Shown: piece by piece, positions 8,680 through 20,463 of the stretch
How positions within the stretch are numbered: the stretch's first letter is position 1
How the letters are laid out: every line of letters begins with the position of its first letter
Origin: Candidatus Omnitrophota bacterium
GTDB taxonomy: Bacteria; Omnitrophota; Gorgyraeia; Ghiorseimicrobiales; Ghiorseimicrobiaceae
Direction of reading: 5' to 3'
Length of the DNA stretch: 64,000 nt
NCBI GenBank assembly: GCA_030681595.1
Contig: JAUXSB010000003.1
Coordinates: forward strand, 31,207-95,206
Program-made: the position numbers and the translations under genes
Notes under the pieces: model-generated
The model's database searches: none
What the model saw: the letters and a program-made list of their open reading frames with translations, nothing else
Told to the model about the DNA's origin: nothing

Positions 8680-10800
8680 TCATTTAAACAGACTATTCGA
8701 TACAATAAACGAGGCAAAAACGATAGAAATCATAGACATGAGCTTTATAAGAATATTTAAGCTCGGCCCTGAGGTATCTTTAAACGGATCCCCTACAGTA
8801 TCTCCGACAACACCTGCCTTATGCGCTAAAGAGCCCTTTCCGCCGAAATGCCCTTCTTCAATATATTTTTTGGCATTATCCCATGCGCCGCCAGAATTTG
8901 CCATCATTACCGCAAGGACAAAACCGCTGACAGTAGCGCCGGTTAAAAATCCGGCAACAGCGTTAACGCCTGCAATCATTCCTACTAAAATAGGGGCGAT
9001 TATGGCTAAGAGTGAAGGCAAAATCATTTCCTTTTGTGCTGCAGAGGTTGCGATATCTACGCAGCGCGCGTAATCCGGCTTTACCTCTCCAGACATAAGG
9101 CCGGCGATTTCTTTAAACTGACGACGCACCTCTACAACAATCTTGCCTGCGGCGCGGCCAACCGCGCGCATAGTCATAGAACAAAATAAAAACGGAAGCA
9201 TCCCGCCTAAAAATAAACCAACTAAGGTAGCCGGATTCATAATGCTCAGATCTAAAGAAATATTTAAGCCTTTCTCTTTTACGATTAGGCCTATCTGATC
9301 GCGGTAAGCGGCAATTAAGGCAAGAGCGGTAAGTGCTGCCGAACCGATAGCAAAGCCCTTACCGGTGGCAGCAGTAGTATTACCCAATGAATCCAAGGCA
9401 TCGGTCCTCTTTCTTACTTCCGGATCCAGATGCGACATCTCGGCATTGCCTCCGGCATTGTCAGCTACCGGCCCATAGGCATCGGTTGCCAAAGTAATCC
9501 CTAAAGTAGAAAGCATACCTACGGCAGAAATAGCAACGCCGTAAAGACCGATGGCAGGGTTTGCGGCTCCCCCGGATAAAAAATAACTTGCCAATATTGC
9601 TGCTGCAACGATAATTACCGGAAGCGCCGTAGACATCATTCCTACGGCAAGCCCGCCGATAATCACAGTTGCGGGGCCGGTTAAGGATTGCTCGGCAATA
9701 AAACGCGTAGGCTTAAACAAGCTTGAGGTATAATATTCAGTAGAGAGTCCGATTAACACGCCTGCCAATAAACCCGCCAATATCGACCAATAGACTCCGA
9801 TATGCTGCCAGCCTAAACAATTCCAAATAAGAAAAAACGAAATTACCGCCACTAAAAATGAACTGGTAAAAACTCCCTTACGTAAAGCCGCGAGTAATAC
9901 TCCTTGAGATGCCTCTTCGCGGCTTTGTACAAAAAACGTCCCAATTATGGAAGAAATTACCCCGACTGCCGCCATAACCATCGGCACCGTGACACCCGCA
10001 AGCCCCAAACCCGCAGCAACGCCTAAGGCGGAAGTCGCGACAATCGAGCCCACATAGGATTCATAAAGATCAGCGCCCATCCCGGCAACATCGCCTACGT
10101 TATCACCGACGTTATCGGCAATTACCGCCGGATTTCTCGGATCATCTTCAGGGATGCCCGCCTCAATTTTTCCTACTAAATCAGCTCCTACATCCGCGGC
10201 CTTGGTAAATATGCCTCCCCCGACTCTGGCAAAAAGCGCCTGGGAAGAAGCGCCCATGCCAAAACAAAGCATAGTTGAAGTAATCGCGGTAATCTTATCA
10301 ATTCCTATAGGTATCGGATGGCTAGAATAATACCAATTAAGAAAATAATACCAAATACTTAAATCCAAAAGGCCCAAACCGACCACGGTTAAACCCATTA
10401 CTGTCCCGCTGGAAAAAGCCACGCGCAGGCCGGAATTTAGGCTCTTCATTGCTGCGGCTGCCGTACGAGCCGAAGACTGTGTGGCAATAGCCATCCCGAT
10501 AAAACCGGAAAGCCCGGAAAATAAACCACCGGTTAAAAAAGCAAATGGCACAAAAATCACCAGATATTTATTCAGCGCCAAAACCAAAAGAATAAAAAAT
10601 ACTATTGCAAAAAATAAAAATACGCCTAAATATTGCCGCTTAAGGTAGGCCCACGCGCCGATTCTAACTGCCTGGGCGATTTCGCGCATTTGCGCGTTAC
10701 CTTCATCTTTTTTTAAAATTGACAACGCCAAATACAGCGCAAACAAAAGCGCTATGATCGAACTTATGGGCGCTAAATATAATATATCAAAACTAGACAT
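8680..10800 (-). CDS. hppA: membrane-bound proton/sodium-translocating pyrophosphatase
   Basis: 706 aa polytopic protein; [17 protein letters not shown]...[17 protein letters not shown] signature. Confidence 0.9.
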   Translation of the reverse strand: MSSFDILYLAPISSIIALLFALYLALSILKKDEGNAQMREIAQAVRIGAWAYLKRQYLGVFLFFAIVFFILLVLALNKYLVIFVPFAFLTGGLFSGLSGFIGMAIATQSSARTAAAAMKSLNSGLRVAFSSGTVMGLTVVGLGLLDLSIWYYFLNWYYSSHPIPIGIDKITAITSTMLCFGMGASSQALFARVGGGIFTKAADVGADLVGKIEAGIPEDDPRNPAVIADNVGDNVGDVAGMGADLYESYVGSIVATSALGVAAGLGLAGVTVPMVMAAVGVISSIIGTFFVQSREEASQGVLLAALRKGVFTSSFLVAVISFFLIWNCLGWQHIGVYWSILAGLLAGVLIGLSTEYYTSSLFKPTRFIAEQSLTGPATVIIGGLAVGMMSTALPVIIVAAAILASYFLSGGAANPAIGLYGVAISAVGMLSTLGITLATDAYGPVADNAGGNAEMSHLDPEVRKRTDALDSLGNTTAATGKGFAIGSAALTALALIAAYRDQIGLIVKEKGLNISLDLSIMNPATLVGLFLGGMLPFLFCSMTMRAVGRAAGKIVVEVRRQFKEIAGLMSGEVKPDYARCVDIATSAAQKEMILPSLLAIIAPILVGMIAGVNAVAGFLTGATVSGFVLAVMMANSGGAWDNAKKYIEEGHFGGKGSLAHKAGVVGDTVGDPFKDTSGPSLNILIKLMSMISIVFASFIVSNSLFK

Positions 10801-10900
10801 TTATTCTTTTAACCCGAATCGTGCATTAAAAATGGATGAAGATTAGCCATATTCACCATGATCTAATGCACAATTTGGGTTTAACCCTCTTAAAATTTTT

Positions 10901-10947
10901 TGGGCCAGGCTTAATTCAGGTTCTTCTCTGATTTTAAAGCCTGGCCC
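10901..10947. terminator. perfect 11-bp stem hairpin (gggccaggctt-N24-aagcctggccc) between the membrane-protein gene and hppA
   Basis: Read directly. A/T runs lie on both sides. Function uncertain (terminator, attenuator or processing site). Confidence 0.2.
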
Positions 10948-10960
10948 CTTATTTATTATA

Positions 10961-11631
10961 TTATTTCTTTCTTAACTTTTCTACTGCCTCGGAAACCATT
11001 TTACCTACCAGATCCTTGCATCCTAAACCAAACGCCAAAGCAAATCCTATCCCTAAAGACGCCAAAACAATGGTTATTAAAATATTTATAACCGCGGCGC
11101 CTATACTAAGCTGCTCTAACGCAATCACTACCGCAAGGACAGCAATAGCCACTTCAACAACCTTGGCTAAAATCTTTGCTTGTTCAATTCCGGCGTTTAT
11201 TGCCGCGGTACGTACTGTTGCCGCTAAGAACGTTGAAAGGAATATACCTAGCGCCAAAACAATAATCGCGATAATAACATTGGGCACATACAGTACCATC
11301 CTGTTTAACAGGTCTGCGGCTACGGTCAAACCGACAGCATTAACCGCCACCATTATCACGATCAAGACAACCAGCCAATAACATATAGCCCCTATCAATT
11401 CCGCAAGAGTTAATTTTATACCGCCTTTACTCAAGAAAGAATTAGCCCCAATCTGATCTGCGATAGAATCAATCTTGATAAGCTTAAAAAGCCTGGTAAT
11501 TAAATTCTGTACAAGTTTGGCGATAAGCCAACCTATGACTAAAATTACAATTACCAAAAGCAAATTGCTCACTAAAGTACCAATACGGTTGAGCAGGTTA
11601 CTTACCGGCTCAAAAAGAATTGTTTTCCACA
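10961..11631 (-). CDS. membrane protein with conserved TM-helix repeats (mechanosensitive-channel-associated TM_helix type)
   Basis: Hydrophobic repeats. I moved the start from the track GTG (11656) to ATG 11631, preceded by AAGGAGG plus 4 nt. The track N-terminus SSLKGGS is the translated leader motif TCGTCATTGAAAGGAGG. Confidence 0.4.
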
Positions 11632-11828
11632 TACTGCCTCCTTTCAATGACGACACAACTTATGGAGTCACGGACGGCATAAGTTGTATGTCGGAATTGA
11701 TGCCGAAAGCTACGAGAAAATTTGTAGCAAATTTTCGAGTGTTTTGCTTTCGGCGCAATGCATAACTTACAAATTCCAAAACCTCCGGATGAACGAGTTA
11801 TTTACGCGTAGTAAAACCTACCTTTTCA
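11632..11828 (-). promoter_or_regulatory. conserved structured intergenic/leader cassette, copy 2
   Basis: Sense orientation: gccgaaagc[aaaacactcgaaaatttg-cta-caaattttctcg]gctttcggc, ATCAATTCCG, hairpin acaacttatg...cataagttgt, GTGTCGTCATTGAAAGGAGG, cagt, ATG. It fills the whole pyrG-stop to next-start gap. Confidence 0.6.
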
Positions 11829-13460
<1,632 letters not shown>

Positions 13461-13536
13461 TTATGGCTCTGTCAATATGCAAATTAAGCTATTTGCTTAA
13501 GGGCATCGGGAATACCTATCATTGTGGATCAAAAGA

Positions 13537-15117
13537 TTAGCCGGGCTTCTCGATATCCAAAAGCGCACTGACTATCTTTTTGTCAAAATGGGTCCCCGCC
13601 TCTTTCTTCAATATCGTAAGCGCTTCTTTCCGGGAATACGCCTTCCTATAAGGCCGGTCGGAAGTAAGCGCTTGATAGGCATCGGCTATGGCAACAATGC
13701 GGGCGCTTAAAGGGATTTCCCCGTCCTTTAAGCCCGAAGGATACCCCTGTCCGTCAACCCTCTCATGGTGATGCAGAATTATCGGCGCAACATCCCTTAA
13801 AAAATGCACCGCCCGGATAATCTCAGCGCCTATCTGTGGATGCGTTTTTATTATTTTATATTCTTCGAAACTAAGCTTACCTTTTTTCCGCAGTATTGCG
13901 TCGCTTATGCCTATCTTGCCGATATCATGCAAGACTGCCGCCCGCTCTAAGCTTTCCAGCATATTTTTAGTAAAACCCATTTTTTTGCCGATACTTAAAA
14001 CTATGGAAACCATCCGCTCGGCATGTTCGGCAGTATAATAATCCCTTGCTTCCAAAGATTTGGAAAAAGCATACATCGACTCAAGCACAGTCTGGTCTAC
14101 GCGCTGGCCCAGCTTAACTATCTTTCTTTTTAAAACTTCCACCTCTTTTCTGTGGTCAATCCTTGCTGCCTTCTTTCTTATATTTCTATACATAGAGCTA
14201 AAAAGCATCGCCCTGTTTCCACCGGACTCTTTGGCGCGCTGCAAAGCGTTATCAGCCGCATCAAGGATCTCCTTCGTAGTGGTTAAGCCGCTGTCCAGAG
14301 AAAAATTCGATACGCCCATACTTAGTTTAACCTTAATGGAAATCTTATCTATCTTAAAAATATGGTTATTTAAACGCTCAATTATTCTGCTTGCGATATA
14401 TAAAGCGTTTTTCTTTTCTGTCTGCGGCATTATTGCCACAAATTCTTCTCCGCCGTATCTGGTTAAAATATCGGTCCTGCGCAAGAGATTCCTGACGAAA
14501 TCAGTAAAATCCGACAACAACCTGTTACCTGTTTGATGGCCGTATACATCATTTATGGATTTAAAATAATCTATATCCATAAGCATAACCGAGAGGTTTA
14601 AAGAATGCCGCCTCGCCAACTCAATTTCCGAAGTAAGCCTCTCCATCATGTAGCGGTAATTATAAAGCCCCGTATGCGGGTCTCTCACCGCCAGCTCTCT
14701 GAGCTTTTCCATCTGCCTGCGGTTCTCTTCTTCTAACTTTTTGCGCTCGGTAATATCCCGGGAGATATGGGCAATTGCTTTTATACCACCCTTTTTGCCG
14801 AAGATCGGGTAAGTAATAATTTCTGAATAGTACATTTCCTTATTTTTGCCATGATGTAGATGTTCAGCCTTGGCTACCTTACCGGTCTTTATTGTCTCAA
14901 GCATAGGGCAGGCATCATTCGGCGGAAGGCACTGCGATGTCCTCCTGTGCGTAATCTCGTAACACTTCTTCCCTTTAATGTCTTTTAAGGAAAGGCCCTC
15001 TTTATCCAAATACTGTTTATTTACCGTAACAATTGTGTAATCTTTCGGATTAACAATTAACACTATATCCGAGATAGCGTCAATTATTTCTTTAAAAAGT
15101 TCTCTGGTGATTTTCAT
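13537..15117 (-). CDS. PAS-GGDEF-HD-GYP c-di-GMP signalling protein
   Basis: 526 aa with RYGGEEF (GGDEF) and HHERVDGQGYP (HD-GYP) motifs. Confidence 0.8.
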   Translation of the reverse strand: MKITRELFKEIIDAISDIVLIVNPKDYTIVTVNKQYLDKEGLSLKDIKGKKCYEITHRRTSQCLPPNDACPMLETIKTGKVAKAEHLHHGKNKEMYYSEIITYPIFGKKGGIKAIAHISRDITERKKLEEENRRQMEKLRELAVRDPHTGLYNYRYMMERLTSEIELARRHSLNLSVMLMDIDYFKSINDVYGHQTGNRLLSDFTDFVRNLLRRTDILTRYGGEEFVAIMPQTEKKNALYIASRIIERLNNHIFKIDKISIKVKLSMGVSNFSLDSGLTTTKEILDAADNALQRAKESGGNRAMLFSSMYRNIRKKAARIDHRKEVEVLKRKIVKLGQRVDQTVLESMYAFSKSLEARDYYTAEHAERMVSIVLSIGKKMGFTKNMLESLERAAVLHDIGKIGISDAILRKKGKLSFEEYKIIKTHPQIGAEIIRAVHFLRDVAPIILHHHERVDGQGYPSGLKDGEIPLSARIVAIADAYQALTSDRPYRKAYSRKEALTILKKEAGTHFDKKIVSALLDIEKPG

Positions 15118-15131
15118 AGATTTAGCCCGAT

Positions 15132-15380
15132 TTAATGGTTTATATGCGGATGTTTTAGCTTATACCATTCGCAGAAAAAGCATTTCTCAATGCCGCGTTT
15201 ATCGCTGACTCTGCCGCAATATTGAGCCGCGACATGCCAACACTCTTTATCCGATTTATGGCTTTGGCGATATGGAAAGCCAAACCATTGCCTTGCCGGC
15301 TTATAGGCGGGGCAATTTTCTCTTGATTCTATTTTACATTCAAAATATTCCCAGCATGTTTTGGCATCTTTGTCAGGCAT
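15132..15380 (-). CDS. small Cys/Trp-rich protein (two-CW-like), paralog of 25662-25904, carrying an in-frame repeat-derived insertion
   Basis: 82 aa from ATG 15380, which overlaps the upstream hybrid-kinase stop as ATGCCTGA. KTCWEYFECKI...CPAYK aligns with KTACWEVRGCEI...CAAYK of the paralog. The extra 16 aa ARQWFGFPYRQSHKSD are encoded by a copy of the 44-bp repeat. Confidence 0.45.
   Translation of the reverse strand: MPDKDAKTCWEYFECKIESRENCPAYKPARQWFGFPYRQSHKSDKECWHVAAQYCGRVSDKRGIEKCFFCEWYKLKHPHINH
15254..15307. repeat. copy of the 44-bp repeat family embedded in-frame in a coding sequence
   Basis: ttatggctttggcgatatggaaagccaaaccattgccttgccggcttat is ~92% identical to the array unit. 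Confidence 0.6.
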
Positions 15381-16917
15381 GCTTTTTAGGTATAGTAAAG
15401 ATGAATTTGCTCCCCTCGCCCGGTTCCGACTCAACCCAAATTTTACCTTTATGCGCCTCAACAATTGCCTTTACTATGGATAAACCTAAGCCGGTTCCTC
15501 CCTGTTTACGTGATTCCCTATCGTATATTTGCTTAAATTTATCAAAAATTTTTTCCTGATCCTCTTTGGCTATGCCTTTTCCGGTATCAGAAACCGAACA
15601 CTCTATTGCTCCGGAAACATCTTTAACATCAATATGGATCCGGCCGTTTTCCGGAGTAAACTTAACCGCGTTAGAGATAAGATTAATAAAAACCTGCTCC
15701 AGCTTACTAAAATCTGCTAAAAACTCTACCCCTTCAGAAATAGAATAACCGGCGTTAAGATGCCGCTGCGCTATTAGAGGCTCAAAATCCGCCAGGCATT
15801 GTTGAATAAGCCGTTTTATATCTATCCGCTCTATATTTAGCTCATATTCTCCGGATTCTATTTTAGATAAATCCAACAGGTCTCCGGCCAAACCCAAGAG
15901 GCGGCTCGAAGTATTCCTGATTATTTCCAGGCATTGTTTCTGCTCTTCATTTATCGCGCCGGTTATCCCATCCAATACATTATTTACGCTTGCCTTGATT
16001 ATAGACAAAGGGGCCTTTAATTCATGGGTAACCATAGAAACAAAATCTGCCCGCATCTTCTCTATCGCCCTAATCTTACTGATATCTTTAAAAACCCAAA
16101 CGGCTCCGGTAACCCTGCTGTCGTTATCTTTTAATAATGAAAGACTGCTTAGGACAGGGATCTTCGCGTTGGGGCTGGGGCTTAATATAAATTCTGCCTC
16201 AAGAGTATTGCTGCCTGATGAAAGTAATTTTTCAAAATAGCAAACATTTTCGCATAGCGATCCAGAAAAAACCTGACAACACTCCCTGCCTAATACGTCC
16301 TTAGCCAAAAACCCGCTCATCAGTTCCATCGCGGGGTTAAAAGAGGTGATTTTTTTTTCGGAATCTAGGGTAATCAGGCCCTCGGTAAGGCTTAAAAGTA
16401 TAGCTTCAAGCTTTGTCTTTTCTAATGTCAGGCGATAGAGTTGCTTGTCTAAAAGGATGCTTACCTTAGAAAGGATCTCAACCGGATCCGAAGGAGAAAT
16501 AACCGCATCCGGTATGGCAATATCCCGCTTAGCCTTCCGGTAACCAGCAATAAATTTTTTAACTGTCTTTATGATTATTTCCGGAGTGTTAAAATCCTTA
16601 ACCATGAATTCATCTGCGCCGGTCTCAAGGCTCCAGAATTTTTCACTCTCTCCCTCCCGGCTGGTTAACATTAACACGGGTATACCAGAAATATCTTTAT
16701 CATCTTTAAGCAGGCGGCAAACCTGATAACCGTTCATCCGCGGCATAAATATATCCAAAAGTATTATATCCGGCCGCTCCCGATAAACGCTCCTGATGGC
16801 TTCGATTCCATCCGATGAAGTAACTGTCAAATACCCCTCATTTTTAAAAATGGAACTCAGCATATCCCTAACGGTAGGGCTGTCATCAGCGATTAAAATT
16901 TTCCCTTTATTATTCAT
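15373..16917 (-). CDS. hybrid sensor histidine kinase (REC-PAS-HisKA-HATPase)
   Basis: 514 aa; N-terminal receiver ILIADDSPTVRDM...LLDIFMP; H-box MVTHELKAPL; HATPase G-boxes. Confidence 0.8.
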   Translation of the reverse strand: MNNKGKILIADDSPTVRDMLSSIFKNEGYLTVTSSDGIEAIRSVYRERPDIILLDIFMPRMNGYQVCRLLKDDKDISGIPVLMLTSREGESEKFWSLETGADEFMVKDFNTPEIIIKTVKKFIAGYRKAKRDIAIPDAVISPSDPVEILSKVSILLDKQLYRLTLEKTKLEAILLSLTEGLITLDSEKKITSFNPAMELMSGFLAKDVLGRECCQVFSGSLCENVCYFEKLLSSGSNTLEAEFILSPSPNAKIPVLSSLSLLKDNDSRVTGAVWVFKDISKIRAIEKMRADFVSMVTHELKAPLSIIKASVNNVLDGITGAINEEQKQCLEIIRNTSSRLLGLAGDLLDLSKIESGEYELNIERIDIKRLIQQCLADFEPLIAQRHLNAGYSISEGVEFLADFSKLEQVFINLISNAVKFTPENGRIHIDVKDVSGAIECSVSDTGKGIAKEDQEKIFDKFKQIYDRESRKQGGTGLGLSIVKAIVEAHKGKIWVESEPGEGSKFIFTIPKKHA

Positions 16918-18470
16918 TTTGGTTTTACTGTTTCTATGTTTTTTTTGCAGGCGGCAAGCAATACTCCCGTGGTGACATCTTCCGAAAAAACAACCACTTC
17001 GTCTTTAGGCCTCTTAGCTAATATCTCCGAAGCGTTTCTAAATTCCCGCTCTGCTTTTTTAAATCTTTTCTGGCAATAAAAAATATTCCCCAGGTTAAAA
17101 TAGGCTAAGGCCATCGCCGGGTTAATATAGATCACCTTCTGAAAACCCTCTATCGCCTTATCCAAATCGCCCAACCTATTGAAAAGTACCCCCATTAAAT
17201 AATAAGCCTCTATAAAAAGGTTATCCACCTTGATAATCCGCTTTAATTCAGCTACGGCTTTTGCGTATTCGGCTTGATTAGAAAGTATCGTGGCTTTGGC
17301 AAAATATGCCTGGGTAAACTCGCGGTCTTCGGAAATTATCTTGTCAAAAACCGTAAGGGCTCTGTCGTATTTTTTCTCCTTAAACAACCTTACCCCTTCT
17401 TCAAAATCCGCTAAGTGCGCATCAAGAGCGGGCTTCTTCTCCGGTTCTTCCTGCCTTAAGGCAGGTTCTGCTATTTCCGGCAGCTCTTCGGCAACATGTA
17501 ATACCGACTCCAGATCAAGCTCCGGAATATTTATAAAAGGTTTTTCTGTTTCAATGGCTGCGCCGATTTGTTTTCTGTGAATAAAAACGTGGGGGAATTC
17601 AACTGCGCGAAATTTATTGGAAATCTGCCACAGGCTTTCTGCCGGGCCGATAAAAAGATATCCTTCGTCATTTAAGCAATTATAAAAATTATCAATAATC
17701 TTTTTGGTATTGGCTAAATCAAAATAAATAAGCACATTACGGCAGAAAATTATATCCAGATCCTGCATGTCGCCTAAATCAAATTCATCTTTAGACAAAT
17801 TATGGCGGGCGAATTTAACCATCATTCTTAGCGAAGGGCTGACCTCATACTTATCTCCGGCCGGAATAAAATATTTCTCAAGGATTTCCGGGCCTAAATT
17901 TCTTACTGCCTTTTTACTATAAAGGCCGAGCCTTGCTTTTTCAAGGCGCTCTCTGTTCACATCGGTAGTAAATACCGAAACTGCCCCATAGGCTGCCTGC
18001 GGTATCGTTTCCAGGGCATTTATTGCTATGGTGTAAGGCTCCTCACCTGTTGAACATCCCGCAGACCATATCTTAATCACCGGCTCGATATGGCCCGCCT
18101 CATTCTGCTTTGAAAGTTTATTTAAACGAGCAAATTTCCTGCGCGCAATCTCCGGCAGGATAAACTCACGTAAAACATCAAAATGCGCGGGGGTCCTGAA
18201 AAAGTCTGTTTCTCCTACTGTAATCAAATCAAGAAGATTAAAAATCTCCCTTCTACCCTCTAATCCGGAAGTTAAAAAACTATAGTAATCAGCAAAAGAC
18301 CGCTTGCCTGCCTTTTCCATTCTTTCTACAAGGCTAAAAGAAAGCGAATCCTTCTGGTCGATATTAAAATATATGCCGCTTTCTTGTAAAATAATCGGTT
18401 GGAATAAAGCGAACTCTTCTTTGGTCAGGGCATTAGGGTTAACTTTAAGATCCGGCATAGTTAAGATCAA
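16914..18470 (-). CDS. cheR: chemotaxis methyltransferase CheR fused to C-terminal TPR repeats
   Basis: 518 aa with DFFRTPAHFDVL and IWSAGCSTGEEPYTIAI motifs; TPR-like C-terminal half. Confidence 0.8.
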   Translation of the reverse strand: MILTMPDLKVNPNALTKEEFALFQPIILQESGIYFNIDQKDSLSFSLVERMEKAGKRSFADYYSFLTSGLEGRREIFNLLDLITVGETDFFRTPAHFDVLREFILPEIARRKFARLNKLSKQNEAGHIEPVIKIWSAGCSTGEEPYTIAINALETIPQAAYGAVSVFTTDVNRERLEKARLGLYSKKAVRNLGPEILEKYFIPAGDKYEVSPSLRMMVKFARHNLSKDEFDLGDMQDLDIIFCRNVLIYFDLANTKKIIDNFYNCLNDEGYLFIGPAESLWQISNKFRAVEFPHVFIHRKQIGAAIETEKPFINIPELDLESVLHVAEELPEIAEPALRQEEPEKKPALDAHLADFEEGVRLFKEKKYDRALTVFDKIISEDREFTQAYFAKATILSNQAEYAKAVAELKRIIKVDNLFIEAYYLMGVLFNRLGDLDKAIEGFQKVIYINPAMALAYFNLGNIFYCQKRFKKAEREFRNASEILAKRPKDEVVVFSEDVTTGVLLAACKKNIETVKPK

Positions 18471-18472
18471 CT

Positions 18473-18841
18473 TTAATCAAGAACAAGCATGCTCTTGGCA
18501 GTATTAATTATCTCACGGGGGTCTGTTTCTTTAGTTACGTATTTATCCGCGCCACATTCTAAGCCTAAATTTTTGGAACTGTCGTCTTTTCTTCCGGTCA
18601 GCATCAATACTTTTATTTTTTTAAGTTTCACGTCTTTCTTAACCATCGCACAGACATGAAAACCGTCTAACTGGGGAAGCATTAAATCTAAAATTATCAA
18701 ATCCGGTATTTCCTTGCGAGCTACAGTTAAGGCGTCTACGCCGTTATTCGCGGTTAATATGGTATTTTCGCTATCCTCCAATCCTTTACTCAGCATCTGA
18801 ACTATTGTAGGGCTATCATCGACAATTAAGATCTTAGGCAT
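18473..18841 (-). CDS. CheY-like single-domain response regulator
   Basis: 122 aa with ILIVDDSPTIV...ILDLMLP. Confidence 0.8.
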   Translation of the reverse strand: MPKILIVDDSPTIVQMLSKGLEDSENTILTANNGVDALTVARKEIPDLIILDLMLPQLDGFHVCAMVKKDVKLKKIKVLMLTGRKDDSSKNLGLECGADKYVTKETDPREIINTAKSMLVLD

Positions 18842-19346
18842 TGCCTTCCCTCCTTCGAATACCCACGAGATGTCTTAATTCTTCCTCATCCAAGACTAAA
18901 TCTAAACTAAGAATAAAAACCATTTTGTCATCTTTTTTAGCTACTGCCTTAATGAAGCTATTTTTTACTTCTAGGTTTACCAGCGGCGGCGCCGCTTCAA
19001 CAGCCTCTTCAGGAATACTCGTTACCTCAAGTACGCTGTCTACAATAAGGCCGACTAAAGCATTTTTTATGCGTACGATCATAATTCGTGTTTCTTTATC
19101 AAATACCTGTTTCTTTAATTCAAAAAGTTTCCTTAAGTCAATAACTCCTATTATGTGGCCCCTTAAATTTATTACCCCTTCAATAAAAGGCGGCATCTTG
19201 GGTAAAGGAGAAATCTCCTGAATTTTTAAAACTTCTCTTATATTTTTAACATCTACCCCGAATCGTTCTTTGCCTAAAGTAAAAATCACCACGTTTAAAT
19301 TTTGCCTTTTTTCCTTAATGAAGTCTCCCATAATCTTTCCCCGCAA
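18834..19346 (-). CDS. cheW: CheW coupling protein
   Basis: 170 aa CheW-like domain. Confidence 0.75.
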   Translation of the reverse strand: MRGKIMGDFIKEKRQNLNVVIFTLGKERFGVDVKNIREVLKIQEISPLPKMPPFIEGVINLRGHIIGVIDLRKLFELKKQVFDKETRIMIVRIKNALVGLIVDSVLEVTSIPEEAVEAAPPLVNLEVKNSFIKAVAKKDDKMVFILSLDLVLDEEELRHLVGIRRREGNA

Positions 19347-19351
19347 ACAAC

Positions 19352-20395
19352 CTACGAATTATTTATGAGTTCGTTGGCTATTTTATCAATGGGCAGCACC
19401 TTGTCTACCGCGCCCAGATCAATTGCCTCCTTGGGCATACCGAAAACTATGCAAGTTTTTTCATCTTGAGCGATAGTCTTACCGCCTGCTTCTTTAATTG
19501 CCTTAATGCCGCCTGCGCCGTCTCGGCCCATGCCGGTTAATATTACTCCCACGCTTTCATTCTTATAAACATCCGCCACTGACTTAAAAAGGATATCTGC
19601 GGATGGCTTAAAATTACCATAAGGCGCTTCGTCACTAAGTTCAATCGCCCCCGATTTTACTACCTTCATTTGAAAATCATTAGGCGCCACATAAGCTGTA
19701 CCCGCCTCGATACCTTCGTTATTCTCGGCTAATTTTATCTTAAGCGCACAGCAATTCGCCAGCCATTCCACCAATCCCTGGTCAAAACCTTTAGCAATAT
19801 GCTGGACTATCAGTATGCCCCAGGGAAAATTTTTAGGAATTCCGGTCAGAATAGAAGACAGGGCCTGAGGGCCTCCGGTAGAGGCGGCGATAGCCACAAT
19901 CTTTTTAAGCAATGCTTCTTTCGGAGGTGCCTGCCCTGATTTAACAGAGACTATAGGCACTGCTGATTTTTCTAACTTTGCCAAAGGGTGCTTGATTACT
20001 TTTACTTTAGACAAAAGCTTAATTTTATCAATAAGGGCGTCCTTTACTTTCTCTTCGATAAAGTCATTTTCAAAATTAATTTTCTCTACTACATCCAGCG
20101 CACCGAAAGAAATAGCCTTAAAAACCTCATCCATTTTACGCGGATAAGACGAAGTCAAAAGTAAAATAGGGGTAGGTTGGTAAGCCATGATCTGCTTAGT
20201 CGCTTCAACGCCGTTAATATCCGGCATCATAATATCCATCGTAATAATGTCCGGCTTAAGCGAAAAAGCAAGCTTTATCCCTTCTCTGCCGCTTGCGGCA
20301 ATACCAACAACTCTTAATTCCCGGTCAGAATCAAAAAGTTTTGTTAAGACCTTACTCACTAAAGGTGAATCCTCAACGATGAGAATGTTAATCAA
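19352..20395 (-). CDS. cheB: chemotaxis methylesterase CheB (REC plus methylesterase)
   Basis: 347 aa; N-terminal REC; IAASTGGPQAL and GMGRDGAGG motifs. Confidence 0.85.
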   Translation of the reverse strand: MINILIVEDSPLVSKVLTKLFDSDRELRVVGIAASGREGIKLAFSLKPDIITMDIMMPDINGVEATKQIMAYQPTPILLLTSSYPRKMDEVFKAISFGALDVVEKINFENDFIEEKVKDALIDKIKLLSKVKVIKHPLAKLEKSAVPIVSVKSGQAPPKEALLKKIVAIAASTGGPQALSSILTGIPKNFPWGILIVQHIAKGFDQGLVEWLANCCALKIKLAENNEGIEAGTAYVAPNDFQMKVVKSGAIELSDEAPYGNFKPSADILFKSVADVYKNESVGVILTGMGRDGAGGIKAIKEAGGKTIAQDEKTCIVFGMPKEAIDLGAVDKVLPIDKIANELINNS

Positions 20396-20463
20396 ATTAT
20401 AAACCTCCTTTAAAATAAATGGCGCTAAAAAATTTAGCCAAAAACCTGCGCTTTTTTTATTTA

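Noticed and set aside
14060-14536. 158-aa plus-strand ORF inside the GGDEF/HD-GYP gene
   Set aside because: Antisense to a motif-supported gene, with a hydrophobic low-complexity translation.
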